NCBI GenBank assembly: GCA_951406725.2
Contig: OX597826.1
Coordinates: 1,922,001-1,986,000, forward strand
Length of the DNA stretch: 64,000 nt
Direction of reading: 5' to 3'
Source: Octopus vulgaris
Taxonomy: Eukaryota
Every line of letters begins with the position of its first letter. Within the stretch, counting starts at the first letter, position 1. The notes under the pieces are model-generated. The model made no database searches. It saw only the letters and a program-made list of their open reading frames with translations, and was not told the origin of the DNA. Shown here piece by piece: positions 1-13,832 of this stretch. The position numbers and the translations under genes are program-made.

Positions 1-234
1 AAGAAATAAGAAATAAGGAAAATATTGTAAATGAAGTCGGTCCTTCACTTGTTAGATTTGCACGAGTCGGCTTTCCTTGCGCCAAATTTTAATGTCAACA
101 CCTCGGTAAGTCATCATTAATCTCACTCTGCATTGCAAAACAACCAGGGTATGGCCAGGGTTATCTTTCCCTCTTTTACATGAGTCCCTTGGTTTCTCTT
201 AACTTTTTCTAGATTCTCCTCTAACCTGTAGCGA

Positions 235-490
235 AGGCGCGTGGATTAGTCGTTAGGGCGATGCACTCACGATCGGAAGATCGGGGTTTCGTTTCCTGAA
301 CCAGGCCTTGCATCGTGTTCTTGAACAAAACACTTCGTTTGACGACGCTTCACTTCTCTCAGCTGTAAATCGATAACCCTGCAATGGACTGGTAACACGT
401 TTAGTGAAAAATGTTGTGATCTCGGCCAGGTATACACCATGGAAATTAGGTAATCGGCATATGGGTTCTAGGGCTCTGCACGGTAATGTC
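235..490 (+). mobile_element. Degenerate tRNA-derived CORE-type SINE (family C)
   Basis: GGCGCGTGGATTAGTCGTTAGGG (A-box-like), GGTTTCGTTTCC (B-box-like), then CORE-like GTGTTCTTGAACAAAACACTT; 3' boundary approximate. Confidence 0.6.
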
Positions 491-578
491 TAAGGGACTT
501 ACTTACTCTAATCTGCAACCACACGAACGACTATATCAGTAAGAAAGCAGAAACACAATAACCACACCAAAAACACCA

Positions 579-1010
579 GGCCCAGGAGTGGCTGTGTGGT
601 AAGAAGCTTGCTTACCAACAACATGGTTCCGGGTTCAGTCCCACTGCGTGGCACCTTAGGGAGGTGTCTTCTATTATAGCCTCGGGCCGACCAAAGCCTT
701 GTGAGTGGATTTGGTAGACGGAAACTGAAAGAAGCCCATCATATATATATATATATATATATATACACACGCACACACACACACACGCATATGTGTGTGT
801 GTGTGTATGTTTGTGTGTCTGTTTGTCCCCCACCATCGCTTGACAACCGATGCTGGTGTGTTTACGTTCCCGTAACTTAGCGGTTCGGCAAAAGACACTG
901 ATAGTATAAGTACTAGGCTTACAAAGAATAAGTGCTGGGGTCGATTTGTTCGACTGAAGGCGGTGCTCCAGCATGGCCGCAGTCAACTGACTGAAACAAA
1001 TAAAAGAACA
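579..1010 (+). mobile_element. tRNA-derived SINE family A, full length, with internal (TA)/(CA)/(TG) microsatellite
   Basis: TGGCTGTGTGGTAAG (A box), GGGTTCAGTCCC (B box), CORE-like GGCACCTTAGGGAGGTGTCTT, 3' end CAGCATGGCCGCAGTCAACTGACTGAAACAAATAAAAG; many copies in this window. Confidence 0.9.
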
Positions 1011-1627
1011 AAAACAATAAAAGAATATATAAGAAAAGCATCAACGTTAACAGTAACAGCAGCAATAACAACAACAACAACAACAATTACCACAACCACA
1101 GCAGTAGTGACATCAACAACAATTACATAATAGTGGTGAGCCAACCCGACTGCAGGCAACAGAGAAGGAACTAAAATGGACAGACAGCACACCTGTGGTT
1201 TTTGTTGAGAAGAGCTCGGGACAAGAGAATTAATAGCGAGGCTGACAGGACAGACAAATAGATGAACAGACAAGCAGAACGTGGGGAGATAGAGATAAAT
1301 GGCGTTTCTTCGTTTTAGAAAATAACTTACTACGAAAATAAAAAAATGAAAAATGAAAAAAAAAAAAACCCAATATAAAAAAAAATACGGAATATTTATT
1401 CGTAAATTTCCTGAAGAGAAATTTATGAAGGTGGAGGTTCATATTGTTGCTTATTTTTTCTAATAAGTTCTTTTGAAATAAGAAATGTCTTATTTCTGAC
1501 AATGGTGGCTTAATTAATATATTTTTTAAAAAAGAATGTAATTAGCAATGGTGTAGAAAAATGAAAACAGCTCTGCATGTGGAAGAGGGAGAGAGAAAGA
1601 GAGTCCGTGAGAAAGAAAGAGAGAGTG

Positions 1628-1672
<45 letters not shown>

Positions 1673-1958
1673 TAGATAGATGGATAGAGATAGAAATAGA
1701 GACAGATAAAGAGAGAAAGAGAGAGAGTGAGAGAGAAAATAAGACATGTAAACCGAAGCGATTATTGTGTGAGAGATGGCCAGAGTCAACGATGATCATG
1801 GTATAATAATTATTATTATAACTATTAGTAACAACAGCAAAAGTAGTTTTAGTTAAATCGTATAAGTTTTGCTAGTAAAAAAAAATGGTTTTATTTGGTT
1901 ACGCTATTTTGTCTTTGAAATATTCCCTTATCCACCGCCCTTCTGACAAATAACAAAA

Positions 1959-2130
<172 letters not shown>

Positions 2131-2334
2131 GCTAATATTTATTTATTTGTTTGTTCCTTTATTTTTTTGTCTTTCTGGTATAGATTCTTGAACCAAATCG
2201 CATCAACTCGCCAAATCTGAAGAGGCCATTGGAACTGAACGTGCAAATTTATTGACAAGACGGATAAAGAATTTCCTGACTATATTTCCAAAGACGTTTT
2301 TCATGTTTATTCATTTCGTTAGTGTAAGGGCGTT

Positions 2335-2414
<80 letters not shown>

Positions 2415-2484
2415 GTTATCGTCATCATTTTATAACCGTTTTTACTTCTAAATAAAAAATAAACACTCGTACACACACATATGC

Positions 2485-2534
<50 letters not shown>

Positions 2535-3148
2535 ACATGTATAAATATACATGTATACATATATAAATATATATATATGTAATCATAAATGTTAAAAAGA
2601 AAACTAGAAGGAATATATAAAAAAATATTTTAAATGAAAGTATTAAAGAAATATTATCCAAAGTAAAAATGGAATGTAATAAATATATTAGTATGTAGCA
2701 GAAAGATGTATATTAACTGCTGAATATGTATACATACGTGCGTGTATACATATATTTATACATACTTTTATGTATATATGTATATATATGAAATATCTAT
2801 GCAAATAATATTTTTATTTGAATATATATGTGCATATATAAACACAAATATATTCATATAGATATATTTATTCATATATATACACACACAAACACATCTT
2901 TTGCAGATTTCATTTTAGAAAATATACGTAATATTATACAGATGTATATATATATATATATATGTATTATTTACATATATATATGTCATTTATAGATATA
3001 TATGTATATATATATGTTATTTATATATATATTTAAAATATATATATATATATATATATTATTTACATATATATATATACTCGCACATACACGCACGTCT
3101 ATATATATATAGATATTTGAATAAATCTATCTATCTGTCTATCTATAT

Positions 3149-3199
<51 letters not shown>

Positions 3200-3275
3200 C
3201 ATACATGTATGCACATATCACCTTTTTATCTATGTCTATATATATTTTTATACGTTATCATTGTCATTATCATTG

Positions 3276-3349
<74 letters not shown>

Positions 3350-4389
3350 GTTATTATTATTATGTATTACAATAAAACGTAGTACTGTAATAGAAGATTT
3401 CTATATGATGGCGGAGCAAGTAGTACTTAAGCTTAAATCCTTGATCAACGTAGAAGCTTCACCTACTTGAAAATATCAATGTCAATACATACATTCATAC
3501 AAACATACATTCATACATACATTCATACAGACATACATGCATACATAAATCTACATGTATATATATATATGTGCGTGTGTGTGGTGTGTGTGTGTGTGGT
3601 GTGTGTGTGTGTGGTGTGTGTGTGTGTGTGTGTGTGTGTGGTGTATGTATTTAAATGTATTTAAAAAATAGTTGGAAATGACGAGAGAAACGCGTCAAGT
3701 ATCAGAGTTAATAAACAGTAAAAGAAAAACAAGAAAAATGAAATTAAAAAAACCCATTTTTCATAGAATTAGTTTGGATCATTGAAAATTTGCTGAAAAT
3801 AACAAGAGCAAAAAAAAAGAAAAAGAAAAGGATAAAAAGGAACCCGTAAAAGAAAAAAAATAAACAGATCAGAATAAGAAATAGAGAAAATGGTATCAAA
3901 AGCTAAACAACTTTTTCAGGTTTTGCTGAGAATTTTATGTTAAAGTAAGTCGGTCATACAAATATCCTTGCAGATATCAAAAATAACAAAGAAGCTTCTC
4001 TGTGGTCACTCAACCAGCTAGAAATAGCAGTGAAGTGAAGTCTCATTAAAGTCACATCATAACGTTGTTTTAAAATAAAATGGCATTTGGTGTTTTTAAG
4101 ACCGTTGGGTGTGATTGTACAGAGAACAAAGTCTATATGAAGTAGTACGCTGTATAGCAGACCTTCGTTTATTGGTTTCAGTCATTGGACTACGGCCATG
4201 CAAGTGCACTGTCGTGAAGGGTTTAGTCGAACAAACCAATCTAAGTGCTTCCTTTGTTTTGACAAAGACTTGTACTTACTCTATCATTGTTTTCGAACTG
4301 CTAATGTTAGGGTTGGGGCAAGCACAAAGATGCATGCAATTAAAAATACACACATACCTATATATATATGCATATACAGACATTCATAG

Positions 4390-4439
<50 letters not shown>

Positions 4440-4462
4440 ATGTATTTACATATGTATATACA

Positions 4463-4626
4463 GGCGCAGGCGTGGGTGTGTGGTAAGTAACTTGCTTACC
4501 AGCCACATGGTCCCGAGTTCAGTCCCACTGTGTGGCAACTTGGTCAAGTGTCTTCTACTATAGCCTCGGGCCGACCAAAGCCTTGTGATTGGGTTTGGTA
4601 GACAGAAACTGAAAGAAGCCCGTCGT
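4463..4626 (+). mobile_element. SINE family A 5' half, ending at its (TA)n tract
   Basis: Matches 579-740. Confidence 0.85.
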
Positions 4627-4640
4627 ATATATATATATAT

Positions 4641-4935
4641 AACTGTGCATTATAATCACATGATTTCGGCTTCAGGATCATTGCGACTCACCTTGGACAT
4701 ATTTTGTTCTGACCAACAACTTGTAAGTGAATCATGAAAATGGAAACATATACATATATGTATATATACATATATGTATATATACATATATACATATATA
4801 TATATATGTTTCCATTTTCCATATTCACTTACAAGCTCTTGGTCAGCTGTTCTCCCCGGGTCATAAGAGAAAAAATATGTCCAGGTGAGTCGCAATGATC
4901 CTGAAGCCGAAATCATGTGATTATAATGCACAGTT
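4641..4935. repeat. Fold-back inverted repeat around a TA-rich core
   Basis: AACTGTGCATTATAATCACATGATTTCGGCTTCAGGATCATTGCGACTCACC... at 4641 is the reverse complement of ...GGTGAGTCGCAATGATCCTGAAGCCGAAATCATGTGATTATAATGCACAGTT ending at 4935. Confidence 0.9.
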
Positions 4936-4992
4936 CTTAACAACACACCTCTGCTCACCTGCAAAAATGAACAAAAAACCCAAACAAACATA

Positions 4993-5154
4993 AGCGCAGG
5001 TTTGGCTATGTAGTAAGAAGTTTGCTTCCCAACTGCAAGGTACTGCGCTCAGTCCCACTGCGCGTGGCACCTTGGACAAGTGTCTTCTACTATAGCCTCG
5101 GGCCGACCAAAACCTGTGAGGGAATTTGTTTGGCGGAAACCGAAACAAGCTAGT

Positions 5155-5225
<71 letters not shown>

Positions 5226-5520
5226 GTATGTGTGTGTGGTGTGTGTGTGGTGTGTGTGTGTGTGTGTATCTATATGTGTGTGCATGCATGTGTCATTGTG
5301 TCTGTGTTTGTCCCCCCACTACCACCTGACAACCGATGTTGGTGTGTTTACGTCCCCGTAAGCTAGCGGTTCGGCAAAAGTAGATAAAATGGGTAGCAGG
5401 CTCGAAAAAATAAATAAACAAACAAACACTAGGGTCGATTCGTTCGACTTAAAATTCTTCAAAGCGGTGCCCCAGCATGGTCGCAATCGAATGGCTGAAA
5501 CAAGTAAAAGATAAAAGAGA
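4993..5520 (+). mobile_element. SINE family A, full length
   Basis: Same head, internal (CA)n and 3' end as 579-1010. Confidence 0.9.
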
Positions 5521-6224
5521 AAAACAAAAGAGAAAAAAAAACACTACAAAAATCCTTGGTCATTGCTTCAGAATTCTCTGGCGTCGAAGAAGAACCGGAC
5601 GGCTGCGGTTGGGAGACTTTTCTAACAACGTTAGTATGCGAAAGATCGCCAGAACGTTGTGAGAGTCTAGCGTTAGGTTTACGAGGTGGTATAAATAGCA
5701 ATAGTTACTTCATGTAAAACCGGAAGCAATAATGCTTATAGCTTTCTTTTATCAAGAATTACTCAACAACCGTCTCACACTGCATTACTACTTATTATGC
5801 ATTATACGCAATTTCTTGTTAAATATCGCGGCTTCGATTGCCATTAAGAAGTCACAAAACGATCGTTTAGCAAAGCTGGGATACTTGTGCAGAAGGCAGT
5901 CTTAGGACAGTGATAATTTTACGATGCACTTAGAAGAAGAACATGGAATCACCCTAATATAAATGTCTTGAAGAAACAAACGTATAATTAGTGCAGAATG
6001 AAATAAAATGAAATAAAAAAAAAAGAAAGTGACATTTAAATAGTTGAACAAAATGGCGGCTAGGAATAAAATAAAACGATTGCAATTAATATGAAATTAT
6101 ATATCTGTAAAAACATCTTCTCTGCAATTGCTTCCCTTAATTAAAAGTTACTGTCCTGCCTATCTACCTGGCTGGCTATCTATTTGTCTATGTCCGCTTG
6201 TTTGTCTCCCTTTGTCTCTCTCCT

Positions 6225-6289
<65 letters not shown>

Positions 6290-6317
6290 GTATGCATATA
6301 TATATATATGTATGCAT

Positions 6318-6351
<34 letters not shown>

Positions 6352-6439
6352 ATATACATATACATATATATATATACATATACATATATATACATATATA
6401 TATATACATATATATATATACATATACATATATATATAT

Positions 6440-6483
<44 letters not shown>

Positions 6484-7188
6484 ACAAACTTGACAAGGTT
6501 TTCCACGGTGAGGGTTTTTCTTCTTCTTCTAGTAGTAGTAGTAGTCGTGGTTGTGGTTGTGTTAGTAGTGGCGGTGATGATGGTGGTGGTAGTTGTAGTG
6601 GTAATGGTAATGTCTGTAACGGTCGCAGTTGCGGTAGTGATAATGATGGTGATGCTGTTGTTAGTGGTGGCTGTAATAACAGGGGACGTAGAAGTACTGA
6701 TGGTGGGGTGATATTTGTGGTGATGGTTGTGGTGGTAGTTGTGGTGGTAGTTGTGGTGGTTGTTGTGGTGGTGGTAGTGGTTCTGGCTATTATGGTAGTT
6801 GTGCTGGTGGTGGTAGTCGCGGTGTCGGAAGTGATGGTCATGGCAGAGGATATAGACGAAGTAATAACGGTGGTGGTGATGGTGGAGGTGGTGGTAACTC
6901 TTTTACTTCTCTTATGAAGTTAACACCTTTCAGGGAATCTCCCCAATCTGCCCCCAATACACACAATATGATTTCTTCGCTCTAAATCTGAAACGCTCTT
7001 CCCAGCAAATATAACAATATTCAACAGATCAACTCTTGTCAACAGATCGACTTTTTTTGAAGAAATCAGATGGGCTCGAACGAGGAATTTATGAACCGAA
7101 CTGCTCACTGGTGTCAAAAGAAGATTTAGTTTGTTTATTTCCATAATTTTTCTTCTAAATAGAACCAATAATTATAATGATAATAACG

Positions 7189-7261
<73 letters not shown>

Positions 7262-8097
7262 TAATAATAATAATAATAGAAATAATAATAATGATTTCTT
7301 TTATATAATGATAATAGTAATAATAATAATATTAATAATGATAATCATAATAGTGATAGTAATTATAGTAATAATAATAATGATAATAATAATAATAATA
7401 ATTATAATAATAATAATAATAATGATAATAATAACAATAATAATAATAATAAGCACGATATAAAAAATATACTACTGATAATAATAATGGTAATAATAAT
7501 AATAATACTGATAATAGCAGTAATAATAGTATGGGTATATCTTTCTAATAATGTAAATAATAATAATAAAATTAGTATTAATAATAATGATAATCATAAT
7601 AAAAACAGAAATTCTTCCTCCTTATCGATCAGAAATTTAAAAAGAAAAAAATACGAAGCAAAACGTGTATATAAATAACAACAACAACAACAACAACAAA
7701 AGCAACAAAACGGTATTGCTTTTGTTTGATATCTTTTTTGTACATAATTTTGTGTTTGTTTGTTTTTCACATTACTTGTTGTTGCTCTAGTTGTTGTTAT
7801 TGTTGTTGTTGTTTTTATATTCTGAAAGGAAGACATTAAAACTAACGGAAATTATCTGTGGGAAAAATGAAAGCAACTTGCTTTAAAAGCAAACAGAACC
7901 AGTTAGAAAATATTACGAAAATTTGATGAAAAGAAAATTAAAATTATAAATATAATCGCTAGAAAAAAAAATTAAAAACGGGGGAAAAAATCAAACACCC
8001 CACAAAAGAGAAAAAAAACAACAAAAAACCCGAGAAAACCCAACGATATAATTAAGATTCAGAATGTTATCTTAAGGTGGTTATTATTATTATTAAA

Positions 8098-8187
<90 letters not shown>

Positions 8188-8843
8188 CATCATCAGTATT
8201 ATTAAACATTATAATCATTATTATTGTTGTTATTCTTCTTATCGTTATTGCCATCATCATCATCATCATCATCATCGTCGTCGTCGTTATTATTATTATT
8301 ATTATTGCTGTTCTTGTGTTTATTATCAACATTATCGTTGGTATTATTAAACCTTATTATTATTATTATTATTATTTTTGTTAGTTGTTGTAGTTATTAT
8401 TATTATTATTATTACTAAGTAGTAGCGGTTTTATTGATGATGTTCTTGTTAGTATTATCGTTAATATTATTATAAATGATAATTATGATGACGATTAAGA
8501 ACTCGTATCGTTATTATTGTTACGATGATTACAACGACGATTATTATTTGTCGTTTATATATTTTTGGGATATTATTACTAAGGTTTGTTTTGTTGTTGC
8601 TATTACTATTGTTGCTTGTAGTAATATTCTTTTCTTTTTCGTTGTTTTAGCCAGAATCTGAACTTTTATCTCTTTGTATCCCCCTTTGAAGAACTGCCGT
8701 CTCTATAATTCAAAAAAACGTCTTTCCCTTGGGAAGCGAGTTCGAAATTAGGAATACCACCTTGTTTAAGACGAAATCAAATAGATGTATAATTTTGTCG
8801 CCCTTTAGTAGAAATATTATATTATTACCTCTGTGTGTGTGTA

Positions 8844-8877
<34 letters not shown>

Positions 8878-9351
8878 TATGTGTGTGTGTGTGTGTGTGT
8901 GTATGATTTTTCCATGATTAATCCCTGGACAATATTTGATACTAAACAGAGCGTTAGTATCTGAAGACATTAAAGGCTGGAATGTATCCTATCGCAGACA
9001 TTGTATTGCGCATCGTGCCTCCTTATCCCCAGAGAAATATTAAAATATTCATATATGGAGTTATCTGAATTTCCTCTTTTCAGGAAAATCTAGGAGCTGA
9101 GATCGAACCAGATTAATTGCATTTCAACGAAGGGACACAAAGGAAATTCGTTCACTTGTTTTTGTTGTTGGTTTTTAACCCCAGGTAAACTCTGGTCCAC
9201 AAGACCTATGATAAAAAGGTTTTTACAGAACTGTGACTAAGTATCGTTTCTTGTCTTACCGAACATAGTGTGTCTAGAACTGAAGTGCGTTATTTACATT
9301 ATTTACATTATTTACATTCGACGGATATTTATCCTCATCTTGTTTGTTGTT

Positions 9352-9397
9352 AACACAATGTTTCGGCTGATATACCCTCCAGCCTTCATCAGGTGTC
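9352..9397 (-). ncRNA. Type I hammerhead ribozyme motif (minimal, PLE-type)
   Basis: Minus strand reads GACAC-CTGATGA-A-GGCTG(gagggtatat)CAGCC-GAAA-CATT-GTGTT. Stems I and II pair. The sister arm reads GAAATGTTGTGTT, so the inferred consensus is GAAACGTT (palindromic ACGT stem III, GUU site). Confidence 0.75.
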
Positions 9398-9433
9398 TTG
9401 GGGAATTTTCGAACTTGGTATATTTTTCAATGT

Positions 9434-9520
<87 letters not shown>

Positions 9521-9542
9521 TATTATTATTATTATCGTTCAT

Positions 9543-9611
9543 GTCACTGCTTGGAATCGAACTCGGAATCTTGGGGTTAGTAGCCAGCGCTCTCAACCAC
9601 TACGCCATATG
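9543..9611 (-). other. tRNA-derived Pol III head (SINE-like, not a functional tRNA)
   Basis: TGGCGTAGTGGTTGAGAGCG (A box) and GAGTTCGATTCC (B box); acceptor and anticodon stems do not close properly. Confidence 0.75.
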
Positions 9612-9702
<91 letters not shown>

Positions 9703-9934
9703 TCAGCCGAAATGTTGTGTTAACAACAAACAAGATGAGTAGAAATACCCGTCAAATGTAAATAATGTAAATAATGTAAATAATGTAAATAACGTACATC
9801 ATTCCTCATCTCTTAAATATAGAACTGAAGTATTTCGTATTCAGTGGTTTTTGCTACATATTGATATACAGGCTCACACATACACATACAATTTGCAAAC
9901 ATACGAATGCATACAGTAATGTATATCTACATCT

Positions 9935-10520
9935 GTTATCTTTTACTCGTTGCAGTCATTGGACTACGGCCATATTGGGGCACTGCCTTGAAGGGTTTAG
10001 TCAAACAGATCTATCGGCCTCTTTTGCAGAAATGCTAAGTAACGGGGGACGGAAACAAAGCAACGCCAGTTGTTGAGTAGTAGTGGGGAATAGACTCGAC
10101 ATAAGCATAAAGATATACACACCCTTTGATGGGTTTTGTTTTGTTCAATCACCCTCCTTGCTAAGCAAGATTGGTGGGGGGTTACCAGGTTAGTGGCAGA
10201 TGACCCGACCATACGACAGGTTGTACTGGGTTACATGTTACCAGTAACGCTCGAGAGCGGCCTGACATACATATATACATACATACATACATACATACAT
10301 ACATGCATGCATGCATACATACATACATACATACATACATACATACATACATACATACATACATACATACGTGCATGCGTGCATACATACTTACTATGCA
10401 GATGAGTTTCTATCAGTTTCCGCCCATCAAATCCACCCCCAAGGCTTAGGTCCACGCATCGGGACTGAACCCAAGACCACATGATTGAGAAGCTAGTTTC
10501 TTAAGCAAACAGCCACGTCA
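9935..10520 (-). mobile_element. Degenerate SINE family A with an internal insertion at ~10122-10265
   Basis: Reverse complement of the family A 3' end (CAGTCATTGGACTACGGCCAT) and head (GGGACTGAACCC...ACAGCCAC). Confidence 0.75.
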
Positions 10521-10619
10521 CGTTTATGTTTGCATTCTGATTTAATTCTTTTTCGGAAAAGCAATTATTCAACAGAATTACTGCTACGTTGCCATGTATG
10601 AAAATCAGAAAGAATTATT

Positions 10620-10812
10620 AAGGTGGTGAACTAGCAGAATCATTAGCTTGCCGGACAAAATGTCTAGCGGCATTTCTCTGAGTCGTTACGTTCAGAGTTC
10701 AAATTTTGCCGAGGTAATCTTTCGCGATCTAGAAATTAAGTAGTAGTCGAGCAATGGGATCGATCCTCCTACTCTAAAATTTCAGGCCTTGTATCAAATT
10801 TAGAAAGAATTA
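10620..10812 (+). mobile_element. tRNA-derived SINE family B
   Basis: GGTGGTGAACTAGCAGAATCATTAGC...GAGTTCAAATTTTGCCGAGG; homologous to 18026-18260. Confidence 0.75.
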
Positions 10813-12057
10813 AATATGGTCTGTATGCATGCGTTCTGATTTAAATATTCTTCGGAAAAGCGAATTTCAATATTAATTTTCTGACGCTTATCTATGCATT
10901 TAAATGTACAAATTCCGGTGATCCTTTCACTTTTAGACACGAAAAACAAGGAAAGAAAAATGATAAAAGTTGACAGTAAAATACTTCCACAGTCAGACAG
11001 TTGTGACACCTTGATGTCATCACTGCTTTTCTTGGTTGTTATGTTATGATGTCATACGACCGAGGATAGCAGAATTGGTAAAACGTCAGGAAACAGACAT
11101 TGCTGTATTCAGTTCCGTCACAAGACGTTTTAAGTTCATATCCACCCAAAGTCAACTTTGCTTTAAATTTTATCCTTCAGGGACTTTGTACTTACGCGAG
11201 AAAAGCTTACTTAACAAAACCATCCAGCAGATTTTGACGGACATTTTACATCAGTTCAAGAAGTAATTTACTAAAGAGATTTAATGAAATGAAAATGGCA
11301 GTGTCTATATAGGAATATTAAGGGCTTTATAGTTGTAACAAGAAAAGCATGTTGAATTAAAATAAATATAGAAAGATTATATGATATACCTCATTCCATT
11401 AAGCTTAAACTTCACTGACGAAGAGAGAAAATAAAATTAATTCCCGGTAAGACGATTTTCTCACTTGCAATAGAAATGACCATCTAATAAATGAACCAAT
11501 TTATTAGTTTCTTATTTCTTTTAGCTAGACAAACTAAACCATTTGCAGTAACAATAGTCGACATTAGTTAGCTTACAAACCATTATTTCTTCGATAAATT
11601 CTGATAGCATTTAATCTTTCCGTCATACTAAGTTAACCTACGAAAATGGAACTAGTTAAGGAGATTTTCATAAGATTTATTCCTATGTTATAGGCCTGTT
11701 AAGTGTGATTTTACAGTCTGCACAAATACGGTAAATTTTCACTGTGAAGCTCTGTGTGAAAGCAACACTCCTACACATATATATTTATGCAGTACAAACA
11801 CACGAAGTGAGAATATAAATGATGGTCTATATATTTTTGAAATATACTTCTGCAGACGAGATCGAGAGTTGCATTATTGTGCCTCCTCACTGAAGAGGTG
11901 AAATCATGCCAAAACAATGCGTATGGTAGTGAGAAACTTTATTTCCGAGACAGTATATGCAATTACAGATTCAGGAAGTAAGAAAAATATTACAATATTT
12001 ATCTATATGCATATACTTATATGCCTGTGGTTAAGTATGAATGTATGTATACACACA

Positions 12058-12109
<52 letters not shown>

Positions 12110-12358
12110 TACATGCATATGTGTGCGTGCATGTGCGTGTGTATGTATATGTTTATGTATATATACACTATACATTCACACACACGCATATTCATTCATA
12201 CATGTAAAAACACACAAACGCACACATATAAAAGGATAGATATTTATGTATATATATATATACATAAATAAATAGAGAGATGGATAGACGTATACATATA
12301 TGCTTATATTATATATCTACTTAATACATAAATCTCTCTCTCTCTTTCTCTCTCTCTC

Positions 12359-12443
<85 letters not shown>

Positions 12444-12784
12444 CCGCACATAAAACTACATAATATATTAATGTACATTAATAAGTGTGCATGTGTACCT
12501 ACATATGTGCAGGTATGTTTGTGTATGTGTGCGTGCGTGCGTGCGCGTGCGTGTGTGTGTGTTTATTTAAATCCGATGAAATAGACATGCGCATTCATCA
12601 AAATACTTCCAGGAAATGAAGTGAATTACTTGATTACGTAAGCAGAAAAGAGGAAAAAAGAATTCCAGATATAATGTGATCACCAAATTTCTAGATTCCA
12701 TGTTTGCTGCATAGATGGAACTCGAAATTTCAGGTACTCAGCAAAGTACGAGTACCACATGATTTTATTGTTTATGGTTTGGTA

Positions 12785-13832
12785 AGGTGGCGACTTGGCC
12801 AAATCGTTTGCACGCCGGACAAAAATGCTTAGTAGCATTTCATCCGCCTTAATGTTCTGAGCCCAAATTCCACCGAGGTTGACTTTGTCTTCCTTTCATC
12901 TATCGGGGTCGACAAAATAAGGCACTAGTTGAGCACTGGGGCGCGATCTAAACTACTAGTCCTACACCATCAAAATTTCCTGGCCTTGTGCCAAATTAGA
13001 AAAGTAGTGAACGGACAGAATCATTGGTATGCTGGACGAAATGCCTAGAGGCATTTCTTCCGGTCCTTAACGTTCTGAATGCAAATTTTGTCACCGTTAT
13101 CCTTTCGTGATCTAGAAATTAAGTAGCAGTTGAGTAATGGCATCGATCTAACCCACAAGCCCCTTGAATCAAAATCAGAAAGAATTATTAAGGTGGGGAA
13201 CGGGCAGAATCATTAACATGCCGGACAAAATGTCTAACGGAATATCTTCCGAGTCTTTACGTTCTGCGTTGAAATTTTGCCGAGGTCATTCTTTCGTGGG
13301 CAAGTGTCTTCTACTATAGCCTTGGGCCGACCAAAGCCTTGTGAGTAGATTTGGTAGACGGAAACTGAAAGAAGCCCGTCGTACATATGTATATGTATAT
13401 ATATGTGCATGTGTTTGTGTGTCTGTCTTTGTCCCCCAACATCGCTTGACAACCGATGCTGGTGTGTTTACGTCCCCATAACTTAGCGGTTCGGCAAAAG
13501 AACCCGATAGAATTTTGCCGAGGTCATCCTTTCGTGATAGCAGGTGAGCAATGGGATCGATCTAATCCACAAGCTCCCTACTCCAAAATTTCAGGCCTTG
13601 TATCAAAATCAGAAAGAATTATTAAGGTGGGGAACGGGCAAGCATCATTAGCTTGCCGGACAAAATGTCTAGTGGCATTTCTTCCGAGCCTTTACGTTCT
13701 GAGTTCAAATTTTGCTGCGGTCATCCTTTCGTGATCTAGAAATTAAGCAGCAGTTGAGCAATGGGATCAATCCAACCCACAAGACCCCTAATCCAAAATT
13801 TCAGGCCTTGTATCAAATTCAGAAAGAATTAA
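12785..13832 (+). mobile_element. Head-to-tail cluster of about four SINE family B units, with a family A fragment inserted at 13298-13511
   Basis: Units joined by AAAATCAGAAAGAATTATTAAGGTGGGGAACGGGCA at ~13171 and ~13605; family A segment GGGCAAGTGTCTTCTACTATAGC...CGGCAAAAG. Confidence 0.8.

Larger units (their letters stand above)
9287..9819 (-). mobile_element. Composite tRNA-head/(TAA)n/hammerhead element with an inverted truncated second arm (PLE-type termini)
   Basis: Minus-strand tRNA-like head (9611-9543), TAA/TTA spacer and HHR (9397-9352); inverted copy of the 3' part at 9700-9795; 12-bp direct repeat TAGAACTGAAGT at 9275-9286 and 9820-9831. Confidence 0.75.

Noticed and set aside
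2217-2250. CTGAAGAGGCC motif
   Set aside because: No matching stem II/GAAA.
6050-6060. YY1-like AAAATGGCGGC (also GCCGCCATCTTT at 22751)
   Set aside because: Short motifs with no identifiable transcription start or gene.
6920-7168. 82-aa minus-strand ORF in unique sequence (similarly 63032-63277)
   Set aside because: Short, non-ATG start and no recognisable homology.
8676-8757. HHR-like GTATCCCCCT-TTGAAGAACT...AGTTC-GAAATT-AGGAATAC
   Set aside because: Core and stem II overlap and stem III is missing; too degenerate to call without a consensus.
9543-9611. Possible tRNA gene
   Set aside because: A and B boxes are present, but the cloverleaf stems do not close and there is no T-run terminator.
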